Below are positions 55,476 to 64,000 of a stretch of DNA of 64,000 nt, piece by piece (positions within the stretch are counted from its first letter, which is position 1; each line of letters begins with the position of its first letter). Position numbers and translations under genes: made by a program. Source of the stretch: an uncultured delta proteobacterium (GTDB lineage: Bacteria > Myxococcota_A > UBA9160 > SMWR01); assembly GCA_963832165.1 (NCBI GenBank), contig CAWHTE010000003.1:672001-736000 (forward strand), in the 5' to 3' direction. Under the pieces are notes generated by a model. The model worked only from the letters and a program-made list of their open reading frames with translations, ran no database searches and was not told where the DNA came from.

Positions 55476-56569
55476 ATGTCCCTTCCCACTGACCAGATCC
55501 TGATCTCGGCCGACGACCACCTCGACATCCACGCGATGCCGGTCGACATGTGGTCGACGCGCTTGCCGCAGCAGTGGCGCGAGCGCGGCCCGCGTGTCGA
55601 GGAGACGCCCGACGGCCCGTACTGGTTCTGCGACGGAGCGCGCATCTCGCCGAGCGGGCGCAAGGAGAAGGGCTACATCGCCGCGCACGACCACGGCTTC
55701 CGGCCCGGTCAGCCCGCGACGCGGCTCGAAGATCTGGATCGCGACGGCGTACACGCGACGGTCGTCTACGGGCCGACCTGCACGCAGCTGCGCATGAGCG
55801 ACGCCGCGCTGCACGAGCAGGTGTCGATGGTCTACAACGACTGGGCAGCGGAGTTCCAGAAGTTCTCGACCCGACCGGCTGATCCTGCTGCCCGACCTGC
55901 CCTCGTACGATCCGCAGGTCGCCAAGAAGGAGCTCTTGCGCTGCGCGAAGCTCGGCCACAAGGGCGCGATCGTCTCCGATACGGTCGGCCGCGGCGTACC
56001 GATCTTCGAGGACGCGTGGGACGCCGTTCTGGGATGCGGCGCAGGAGACGGGGCTGCCGATCCACGTGCATCTCGCGGGCGGCACGCACAGCGTGAAGAT
56101 GAAGCTCAACTCGTGGCGCCAGCCCGCGTTCGTCGCGGTGGTGCCGATGCAGCTCGACGAGACGCTCTCGGGAATGATCTTCTCGGGCGCACTCGAGAAG
56201 CGGCCGCGCGTGAAGTTCGTGATGGGCGAGGCCGGACTCGGCTGGATTCCGTACGTGGTGGAGCGACTCGACCACGAGCTGCACAAGTACGGCTCGAAGA
56301 TCGCGGACTACAAGATCTCGTCGCTGCCGAGCGAGATCTTCGCGCGCCAGGTGTTCACGACGTACGAGGACGAGAAGCTCGGCGTGGAGCTGATCCCGCG
56401 CATCGGCGTGGACAACGTGATGTGGGCGTCGGACTATCCGCACGGCGACAGCACGTGGCCGCACTCGCGCAAGGCGCTGTCGGAGTCGTCGCTCGCCAAG
56501 CACGGACCCGAGGTGTTGCGCAAGGTCACCTGCGAGACCGCCGCGCGCGTGTACGGCATCCGGTACTGA
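55476..56569 (+). CDS. Amidohydrolase_2 family protein, frameshifts near 55870 and 56025
   Basis: SADDH..YNDW | LILLPDLP..KGAI | PIHVHL..WASDYPHGDSTWP across three frames. Confidence 0.85.
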
Positions 56570-56586
56570 CCGGCACGGGGGCGCGA

Positions 56587-57036
56587 ATGACGACCGAGGC
56601 ACAACGGATCAGCGACCTCGTCGAGATCCAGGCGCTCTGTGCGCGGTACATGCTCTATGCGAGTCAGTTCGTGAAGGACCGATGGCTCGACGTGTTCACG
56701 CCCGACGTGGAGTACAACGCCTTCGGCACTCCGTACACGATCGAGCGGTTTCCGGCGCTGCTCGCGGCCGCGCCGCGCGGACAGTTCATCGGGAACATGC
56801 CCGTCGTCGATTTCGATGGCGACCAAGCGATGGGCATCCAGCATTTCGTCTTCATCGACCAGCAATCGCACGATATGCGTCTGGGCTGGTACCGCGACGA
56901 ATACGTGCGCACGGCACAGGGCTGGCGAATCCGACGGCGCGCCACCACGTTCATGCGCAAGCACGGGGGCTACGACTCCGGGCGACAGCACGATCCGCTA
57001 GCCGACATCGCGGAAGAAACCGCGCGTCCGCGCTGA
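56587..57036 (+). CDS. SnoaL_4/NTF2-like protein
   Basis: DLVEIQALCARY...VFTPD...YRDEYVRTAQGWRIRRR. Confidence 0.85.
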   Translation: MTTEAQRISDLVEIQALCARYMLYASQFVKDRWLDVFTPDVEYNAFGTPYTIERFPALLAAAPRGQFIGNMPVVDFDGDQAMGIQHFVFIDQQSHDMRLGWYRDEYVRTAQGWRIRRRATTFMRKHGGYDSGRQHDPLADIAEETARPR

Positions 57037-57109
57037 TCGAACCAGGACCCATCCCATTCCGGTCGTAGAGGAGAGATCCGCTTCCAGGCCCGACCGGCGC
57101 TGGCGCGCG

Positions 57110-58117
57110 GTGCGGCGCTCGTGCCTTGCGTGGGGCGGAGCGGCGGCGCTCGTGATCGCGTCTTCGACCGCGGCAACCGCCTCGGAGCCGAGCGACGAGT
57201 CGCAGCACTGGGTGCCCTCGTTCGGGGTGTTCTTCGATGCGGCCGGACAGAAGCTCGAGGGCTCGGTCGAGACCGGTCCGGTCCTGGGTCCGCCGCTCAC
57301 GGAGGGCGGGTGTCTCAACCAGACCTTCGGAAGAACCGGGTCGCTATGCAGTACGCAGCGGACGAACCCGACACAGATCCTCTTCCCCGACGATGCGGGA
57401 AGCGATACGTCGGTGACCCCGCTCGTCGGGGCGACGCTCGAGCTGATGACTCCGAGCCTGTTCGACCGATGGCTCCGCCCGCGCCTGTTCGTCCACGGCG
57501 ACGGAGCCGCCGCGTTCTCGTTCGAGCGCAACGTGGCGGGTGTGGAAGGGCCGGACGAGTTCGCGCTGCCTTTTGGAATCAACATCGTGCCCGGCTCGGA
57601 TCCGGAAGCTCAACGCGTCGAGGAGCTCTCGATCGTGGGTCAGGGGAGCCGCGCTCGAATCCAGGTGCGGCCCTTCGTGGTGTCCGCGGGCGCCGGGGTG
57701 GCTCTCACGCTCCAGGTGTTCGGACGCCAAGTGCGGATCAAGCCGTCGTTCGAGTACCTGCACCAGGAGCTCGATCTGATCGGGGTGGTGCACCGCGCGG
57801 TCAAGCTCGAGGAACCGCTCGTGAGCTCCACGAGTCTCTCGGACTTCCGGCTCATCTCGCTGACCCGCGAGGAGCGGGAGAGCTACGACGGAATCGGGCC
57901 CGGGCTCGAACTCGAGTTCGACACGGCGCGCCTGGGTCCCTTCCTTTCCAGCGTCTATCTGATGGGGCGTGGCTATCACATGCTCGGCGACCTCGACACC
58001 ACGCTCACGCAGACCAACGAGTTCGGTGAGACGGCGACCTGGACATTTCGGCCCGATCGCTGGGTGTGGCGCGGCGGCGTAGGTTTTCGCTTCCGCTGGC
58101 TGCCCGAGCCCGACTGA
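57110..58117 (+). CDS. Putative outer-membrane beta-barrel protein
   Basis: Signal peptide; amphipathic strands; C-terminal WRGGVGFRFRW. Confidence 0.7.
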   Translation: MRRSCLAWGGAAALVIASSTAATASEPSDESQHWVPSFGVFFDAAGQKLEGSVETGPVLGPPLTEGGCLNQTFGRTGSLCSTQRTNPTQILFPDDAGSDTSVTPLVGATLELMTPSLFDRWLRPRLFVHGDGAAAFSFERNVAGVEGPDEFALPFGINIVPGSDPEAQRVEELSIVGQGSRARIQVRPFVVSAGAGVALTLQVFGRQVRIKPSFEYLHQELDLIGVVHRAVKLEEPLVSSTSLSDFRLISLTREERESYDGIGPGLELEFDTARLGPFLSSVYLMGRGYHMLGDLDTTLTQTNEFGETATWTFRPDRWVWRGGVGFRFRWLPEPD

Positions 58118-58131
58118 AGCGGTATCACCTG

Positions 58132-60825
58132 ATGCGAGCTCCTCCGGATCGCCAACGCCTCGCGGAGCGGATCGCCGCCGCCGCGCTGGTCGGGGGCCTC
58201 GCCGCGGCATTGCTCGCGAGCGCGGGGTCCGCCGCGGGCGCCGACGAGACTCCGATCGAGCTCGCCCAGGCGGCGGAGGAGGAGCCGACCGACGAGCCGA
58301 GCGCGACGGCGCCCGACAAAGCGCCGGCGGGTCAGGTGCCGCCCGGTGTCGAAGTGCTCACGGTGCAGGGCCGCGGCGCAGGTGCGATCGAGGCCGACGT
58401 GCCGTCATCGATCACGCAGTTCGACGCGTCCACGATCGAAGCGCTCGGCGCCCAGGACATCTCCGACCTCTCGCGCGTCACGCCGAACGTCAACATCATC
58501 CAGCCCGGTGCGACCCAGGCCACGTTCTTCGTGCGCGGTGTCGGACTCTCGGACTTCAGCTCGAATGCGGCCGGCGCCGTCACGATCTTCCAGGACGACA
58601 TCGCGCTCAACGCGCCGGCGATCCAGACCGGTCAGCTCTTCGACATCGAGGGCGTCGATGTCCTGCGCGGGCCGCAGGGCTCCGGGGCGTTTCGCAACGC
58701 GTCGGCCGGCGCGATTCGCGTGCGCTCGCGTCGCCCGAGCGGAAACTACAACGCGACGCTGCGCGCGACCCTCGGCCGCTACGAGCCCAAGGGAGAGAAG
58801 GGCGCGAACGAGGCGCTGATCCAGGAGTACGAAGGCGCGGTCGAGATGCCGATCGTCACGGACTGGCTCTCCTCTCGCTTCGCGTTCAACCTGCAGGAGG
58901 GGGAGCCCTGGAAGACCAACGGCTGCGGCTTCGCAGACCCGTTCGAGCGGCTGCCCGGAGTCAGTCAGTGCGGCGAACAAGTCACGCGTAACCGGACGTC
59001 CGCGGTTCCGTTCGGACTCCCAAAAGACGTGAACGACGAGCACAACTGGGCCGCGCGCGGGACGTTCCTCTTCAAGCCGCCCGACGCGGAGGCCGAGTTC
59101 TTTCTGAGCCTGCACGGGAGCCGGCTCGATCAGGACTCGGTGCTCGGGCAGGCGATCGGCACGGGCCCACTCCGGGGGATCTTCGACGACGCCTTGAAGG
59201 TGCCTTTTGGCGGCACGGATGTCGCCAGCTACATCGATCCCGACGTGCAGCGGGAGTACGACGTGCGGTGCCAGGATCAGGACCCGACCCCCGCTGGCAT
59301 CAATTGCGCCAATCAGCGTGCCCAGCTGGATCTCGCGAAGAAGCTCGCGGGAGATCGCCCGCTCGACGAGCAACCCTACCGCGGCGACTACAACCGCGTC
59401 GGCCAGACGACGCGCGACACGTGGGGCGCCTTCTTGTCGGGCGAAGCGGAGGTGTTCGCTGACACGAAGCTCTTCGCGCTCGTCTCCTACGACGAGTACG
59501 AGCGCTTCCAGGACCAGGACAGCGACTTCACGCCGACGAGGCTGTTCGAGACGGAGCAGGGCGACGACGCATGGCAGACGTACGAGGAGGTGCGGCTCGA
59601 CGGTGAGCTCGAGGCGGAGCCGATCACGTGGCAGATCGGCGGCTATTACCTGCGAGAGAAGCTCGACAACGACCAGACGGTATTCATTGGCGTAATACCG
59701 ACCATCCCCCTCAATACCCGGCGCATCTACCACCAGACGATCGACAGCTGGGCGACCTGGGCTCAGTTCGGTTGGGACTTTGCCGACGACTTCACGCTCG
59801 AGGGGGGCGTGCGCTGGAACTGGGAGAGCAAGAAGTTCGACTTCCGGAAGATCGGCGGGAGGCTGTTCACCAGCGACGTCAGCACTCGGGAGGAGGAGAC
59901 CTGGCAGACGCCGACGGGCCAGATCATCCTGACCTACCACATCGACGCCGAGAAGGCGGCCTACGCGCGCTACACGCGGGGCTTCAAGGCCGGGCACTTC
60001 AATGCGCTCTCGTCCGAGGTGTCGTCCGAGGCGGACTTCCGTATTCCGCCGGCGGACGAGGAATACAACGACGCCTGGGAAACCGGCCTGCGCGGGGCGT
60101 GGCTCGACCGCCGCATCTCGCTGGCGGGCTCGTTCTTCTACTACCGCTACGAGAACTACCAGATCTTCCTGTTCACGGACAGCGCAGAGGCGGCCGAGCC
60201 GCCGACGCTCGAGATCGTCAACGCGAAGCAGGCCGAGAACTTCGGTGTCGAGATCGAAGGCGCGGTGCGACCGCTCGAAGGCTGGGCGCCGCGCCTGCTC
60301 TCGGGCCTGCGGCTGTCGGCCAACTTCAGCTGGCTGCACGGCGAGTACCTCAACTTCACGACGTTTCGCAAAGTCTCCGATGCTTCGGGTGCCAACATCT
60401 TCAACGTTGCGCTCGACTACTCCGGCAAGCAGCTGCAGAACTCGCCGGAGTACAAGGTGAGTGCCACCGCGGAGTGGACGTTCGACCTCGGGCGGTTCGG
60501 CTCCCTGATTCCGCGCTACGACGTCAACTGGAGCGACGACGTGTTCTTCGACCCCAACGAAGGGCGTGGATCCATCAATCCGCTCGATACGACCCGACCC
60601 GCGCTGGTCGAATATGGAGTCGGCCAGAAGGCGTACTTCCTGCACAACGTTCGGCTCGCGTATCGCTCACCGACCAGCACCTTCGAAGTGGCGGGCTGGG
60701 TCCGCAACGTCGAGGACCAGGTGTACAAGAACTACGCGTTCGACGCGTCCCGCTTTGGGCGGCTCGTGATCAACTTTCCGGGCGAGCCGCGCACGATCGG
60801 CGTCGACATGTCTTTCCTGTTCTGA
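58132..60825 (+). CDS. TonB-dependent receptor
   Basis: TonB-box-like VEVLTV, plug (FFVRGVG, VLRGPQG), RGFKAG, C-terminal PGEPRTIGVDMSFLF. Confidence 0.95.
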   Translation: MRAPPDRQRLAERIAAAALVGGLAAALLASAGSAAGADETPIELAQAAEEEPTDEPSATAPDKAPAGQVPPGVEVLTVQGRGAGAIEADVPSSITQFDASTIEALGAQDISDLSRVTPNVNIIQPGATQATFFVRGVGLSDFSSNAAGAVTIFQDDIALNAPAIQTGQLFDIEGVDVLRGPQGSGAFRNASAGAIRVRSRRPSGNYNATLRATLGRYEPKGEKGANEALIQEYEGAVEMPIVTDWLSSRFAFNLQEGEPWKTNGCGFADPFERLPGVSQCGEQVTRNRTSAVPFGLPKDVNDEHNWAARGTFLFKPPDAEAEFFLSLHGSRLDQDSVLGQAIGTGPLRGIFDDALKVPFGGTDVASYIDPDVQREYDVRCQDQDPTPAGINCANQRAQLDLAKKLAGDRPLDEQPYRGDYNRVGQTTRDTWGAFLSGEAEVFADTKLFALVSYDEYERFQDQDSDFTPTRLFETEQGDDAWQTYEEVRLDGELEAEPITWQIGGYYLREKLDNDQTVFIGVIPTIPLNTRRIYHQTIDSWATWAQFGWDFADDFTLEGGVRWNWESKKFDFRKIGGRLFTSDVSTREEETWQTPTGQIILTYHIDAEKAAYARYTRGFKAGHFNALSSEVSSEADFRIPPADEEYNDAWETGLRGAWLDRRISLAGSFFYYRYENYQIFLFTDSAEAAEPPTLEIVNAKQAENFGVEIEGAVRPLEGWAPRLLSGLRLSANFSWLHGEYLNFTTFRKVSDASGANIFNVALDYSGKQLQNSPEYKVSATAEWTFDLGRFGSLIPRYDVNWSDDVFFDPNEGRGSINPLDTTRPALVEYGVGQKAYFLHNVRLAYRSPTSTFEVAGWVRNVEDQVYKNYAFDASRFGRLVINFPGEPRTIGVDMSFLF

Positions 60826-60845
60826 GCGAGTGCGCCCGCTTCGAG

Positions 60846-62274
60846 CTATCGCCCCGGAACTGCGTAGCCCAGCGCGCGCAGCTGATCGAGCTGGATCTCG
60901 TCGATGTCGAGCTGCGGCGTGGGCTCGTTCCAGGGCGGCTTCTGCGCGAGGTATTGCTTCGCGCGCTCGCGCATGCGCTCGGCCACTTCCGGATCGGCCT
61001 CGGTCCGGTCCTCCAGTTCTTGCGCGTCGTGCCCGGCGTCGTAGAGCTCTTCGCGCGCTCCGCCGTCGGGTGCGCCGAACAGTAGATACCGGAAGCGGCC
61101 CTCACTCACCGCGACGTTCGGTGAGCGCGTCTCCACGCGCTGACCCCAGGTCTGATCGAGGTGAGCGATCGCGATGCCGTCCTCGGGGCCCGCCTCACCG
61201 CGCGCCGCCGCGAGGATCTCCGGCACGCGCGAGCGACCGTCCGTGTTCTCGATCGGCGGCAGGCCGAGCAGATCGAGCACGGTCGGCCACAGATCGACGT
61301 TGGCGGTGCGCTGGTGCACGACGGCCGGCGCTGCGAGTCGGAACGGCAGTCCGAACACGAGCGGCACCTCGGTGGTTTCCGGGTAGACGTTGCGCGCATG
61401 GCCTTCGTTGCCGCGCTCGCCGAACGCCTCGCCGTGATCGGACGCGACGATCAGCAGCGTGTGGTCGAGGTAGCCCCCGTAGTAGAGCTGGGCGAACAAC
61501 GCGTCGAGCACGCGATTCACGTGGAGCACCGCGTTGTCGTAGACGTCGGTGTACTGGGATCCGAACTGCGCGCTCTCGGGGTCGTACGTGTACTCGTGGA
61601 CGTCCATCAGGTGCAGGTAGAGAAACCAGCGCTCGCGGCCGTACACGCGCAGGAACTCCGACGCAGTCTCCACGACGTCCAGGTCGGTTCCGCGGTCGGT
61701 CGCCGTCGGATTCTGCACGGCGGACTTCGACCGGCAGGCCGTGGTAGTTCGGGCGCATGTAGACGTCGAAGCCCTGATCGAAGCCGAAATAGCTCTCCAC
61801 CCAGCCGTTGCGCCAGATCCCCGCGGTGCGGAAGCCCGCATCGCGGAACACCTCGGGCGCGGTCCTGGCCTGCTGTGAAATGACGTCATCGAAGCGCGTG
61901 ACGCCGCTGCGCTGCGGGTAGAGGCCGGTCCACAGCGAGGCCATCGAGCACTTCGTCCACGACGACTGGGAGAGGTGTCGACCGAACCGCACGCCCTGAG
62001 ACGCGAGCACGTCGAGGAAGGGGCTCGTGGGGCGGGCGTATCCGTACGTGCGCAGCCGACTCGCGCGCAGCGTATCGATCAGCACGAACAGGACGTTGAC
62101 ATCCTTGCGCTGCGAAAGTGCGACGATGTCGTCGGCGGATCCGAGTGGGCGCGGGTCGACGATGCGCTCGCCCGGCTGACTCCAGCGGAACAGCGCGAAC
62201 GCTGCGAGCAGCGCCGCGCCGATCACCCAGGGCCACGGACCTCGCCAGAACGAGAGGGTCGGGAGCCGATTCAC
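60846..62274 (-). CDS. Sulfatase-like (alkaline phosphatase superfamily) protein, frameshifted near 61725
   Basis: NVLFVLIDTLRA, SWTKCSMASLWTG | HLMDVH, SDHGE, EGH, ELYD, LRALGY. Confidence 0.88.
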
Positions 62275-62321
62275 GGCGCACGACTCTATCACGCGGTCCG
62301 AGGTGGGTATACTCGGCCGCC

Positions 62322-64000
62322 GTGCTCGAGCTCACGCGCCGTCGATTCACCCTCGCGCAGGTCCTCGCTCTCGTTATTTCGCTCGTCGCCGTCGGCTGCG
62401 GCCCTTCGGATCCGCTCGAGAAGGTGCGCGCGCTCCAGGACGAGAAGGGCGACTACCAGGGCTCGGTCGAGCTGCTCCGCGAATTGATCGAGACCCGCCC
62501 CGACGATCCCGAAGTGCACTACCGCTACGGCCGCGCCCTGATCGCCACGAGCAACATGGGTCTCGCGGTGTGGTCGCTCAAGAAGGCGATCGAGTCGCCG
62601 GACTGGCTCGAGAGAGCCGGCCTTGCGCTGGCGGCAGCTCTGAACTCGCAGGGTGCCTACGACGAGGCAGCGGCGGTCTGCACGCGCGTCCTCGAGCAGA
62701 AGCCGGACCACATCCAGGCGCTAATGCTGCGTGCCGCGGCTCGCATGGAGAGCCGCCGCGACTATGTGTCGGTGCTCGCCGATGCGGATCGCGTGCTGGA
62801 GCTCCAGCCGGACAACCAGGAGGCATTGGGCTCCCGTGTCGTGGCGCTGCTGGGCCTCGAGCGCGTCGACGAGGCTGCGGCCGCGCTCGAGGCGTTCGAA
62901 GCGTTCTACCGCGACCAGAGCCTCGACCTTCACGGCTCGCCCGTGCTCTGCATGGCGCGCGCCACGTTCGCGAAGGAGAAGGCGGACCTGGCGGCCAATC
63001 GGAGGGCAGAGCGGGAGGCAGATCCGAAAGCGAAGCTCACACCCGCGGAGAAGGCGGAGCTCGAGAACGAACAGAAGGAGCAGCTGGCGCTGGCCGAACA
63101 GCGCTACGAGGCGTGCCTCGAGCAGTTTCCGTCCGAAGCGCTCGTGGTGTATGGCGTGACCGACTTCTTCGACGCGTCCGGCCGCTCCGAGCGCTCCGAC
63201 GCAGTCCTCGCACGCGTGCTCGAGGTCGCGCCCGAGGGTGCTTCGTACCGGTTGACGCTGGCACTGCGGCTCGCCGCTCGAGGACGGATCGACGAGGCCG
63301 AGAGCCTGCTGCGCAAGGGCACCGAAGTGGCGTCGCCGGCCGATGCGGCCGAAGCCTGGGCGGTCGTCGCCTCGTTCAACGTGGATCACGGCGACTTCGA
63401 CGAGGCGATCGAGGCGTTCGCGCAGGTGCGTCAACTGGTGGACCTCGCGGAGAATCCAGAGCTCCTGCTCGCATACGCCGATGTGCTCGTGATCGCGAAG
63501 CGCTTCGGCGAGGCGGAGCAGCTCGTCGATCTGATGAAGGTGCCCGCGCATCAGTCGCTCGTGCGCGCGCGGATCGCGCTCGAGCGCGGCGATCCGGCCA
63601 CGGCGCTTCGGCTCTTCGACGAGGGCATGCGCCTGTGGCCCAACAATGCGCAGTCGCGCTACTACGCGGCGGTCGCGGCCGAGCAGCTCGGTGATTTCGA
63701 GCGCGCCATCGAAGAGTATCGCTACGCGATGCGGGTCGATGTGACCGCGACGGATGCGTATCTCCGGCAGGCGCGCCTGCAGGCGGCGTCGGGCGCCTAC
63801 GCAGCGGCGATCGACACGTTGGAGTTCCAGCCCGGAGGCCGGCCGGAGGAGGTGGCCGCCGGCCTGTTCGAGATGCGCATCCGCGCGCGCGCAGGACTGG
63901 AGGGAGGGTCGCCACCCTGGCTTCGCGCGATGCTCGCGCAGCCGGAGCACCGCGGGGCGGCGGTGGCGGCGGTCGGAGAAGGTGTGCGCGAGCGCAGCGG
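62322..64000 (+). CDS. TPR-repeat lipoprotein (runs off the window; absent from the ORF track)
   Basis: MLELTRRR, hydrophobic stretch, AVGC lipobox; TPR units (RPDDPEVHYRYG, KPDHIQAL, QPDNQEAL, WPNNAQSRYYAA); open to the window end. Confidence 0.85.
   Translation, partial: MLELTRRRFTLAQVLALVISLVAVGCGPSDPLEKVRALQDEKGDYQGSVELLRELIETRPDDPEVHYRYGRALIATSNMGLAVWSLKKAIESPDWLERAGLALAAALNSQGAYDEAAAVCTRVLEQKPDHIQALMLRAAARMESRRDYVSVLADADRVLELQPDNQEALGSRVVALLGLERVDEAAAALEAFEAFYRDQSLDLHGSPVLCMARATFAKEKADLAANRRAEREADPKAKLTPAEKAELENEQKEQLALAEQRYEACLEQFPSEALVVYGVTDFFDASGRSERSDAVLARVLEVAPEGASYRLTLALRLAARGRIDEAESLLRKGTEVASPADAAEAWAVVASFNVDHGDFDEAIEAFAQVRQLVDLAENPELLLAYADVLVIAKRFGEAEQLVDLMKVPAHQSLVRARIALERGDPATALRLFDEGMRLWPNNAQSRYYAAVAAEQLGDFERAIEEYRYAMRVDVTATDAYLRQARLQAASGAYAAAIDTLEFQPGGRPEEVAAGLFEMRIRARAGLEGGSPPWLRAMLAQPEHRGAAVAAVGEGVRERS

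Noticed and set aside
51306..55961. 1551-aa minus-strand ORF as a giant protein
   Set aside because: Only the last ~541 aa (from GTG 52931) are protein-like. The rest is the stop-free antisense shadow of the CoA-transferase and amidohydrolase genes.
58097..58117. C-terminal LPEPD as PEP-CTERM
   Set aside because: No transmembrane helix or basic cluster follows the PEP.
1..64000. Numerous long Arg/Ala/Pro-rich alternative-frame and antisense ORFs
   Set aside because: Expected in very GC-rich DNA; they carry no motifs and overlap well-supported genes.
1..64000. CRISPR array, IS element, prophage, rRNA
   Set aside because: No regularly spaced repeats, transposase, integrase, phage or rRNA signatures seen by eye.

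Overview
A very GC-rich, densely coding bacterial chromosomal window from a diderm organism (TonB-dependent receptor, outer-membrane barrels, two PEP-CTERM proteins). A Myxococcota/deltaproteobacteria-like lineage is my inference from gene content. 1-21 kb holds mixed metabolic genes and a four-gene minus-strand unit in which glnE appears split into two translationally coupled half-genes. 21-29 kb holds a KstR-like TetR with a ferredoxin, tRNA-Ala(GGC), tRNA-Leu(CAA), tRNA-Sec(UCA), moeZ-like, hpf with a strongly structured leader, and a decayed patch where a truncated groES abuts a truncated methyltransferase. 30-57 kb is a large actinobacterial-style lipid/steroid-type CoA catabolic cluster: three DUF35/thiolase modules, a heteromeric acyl-CoA dehydrogenase pair, two F420-type LLM reductases, two sulfotransferases, a DUF1214 protein and four amidohydrolases. 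It carries two different duplicated promoter/operator cassettes. 57-64 kb is an envelope module (beta-barrel, TonB receptor, sulfatase-like protein, TPR lipoprotein). Several small frameshifts in otherwise intact genes look like assembly errors. I saw no CRISPR array, rRNA, transposase or integrase. All calls come from reading motifs by eye; no database searches were run.
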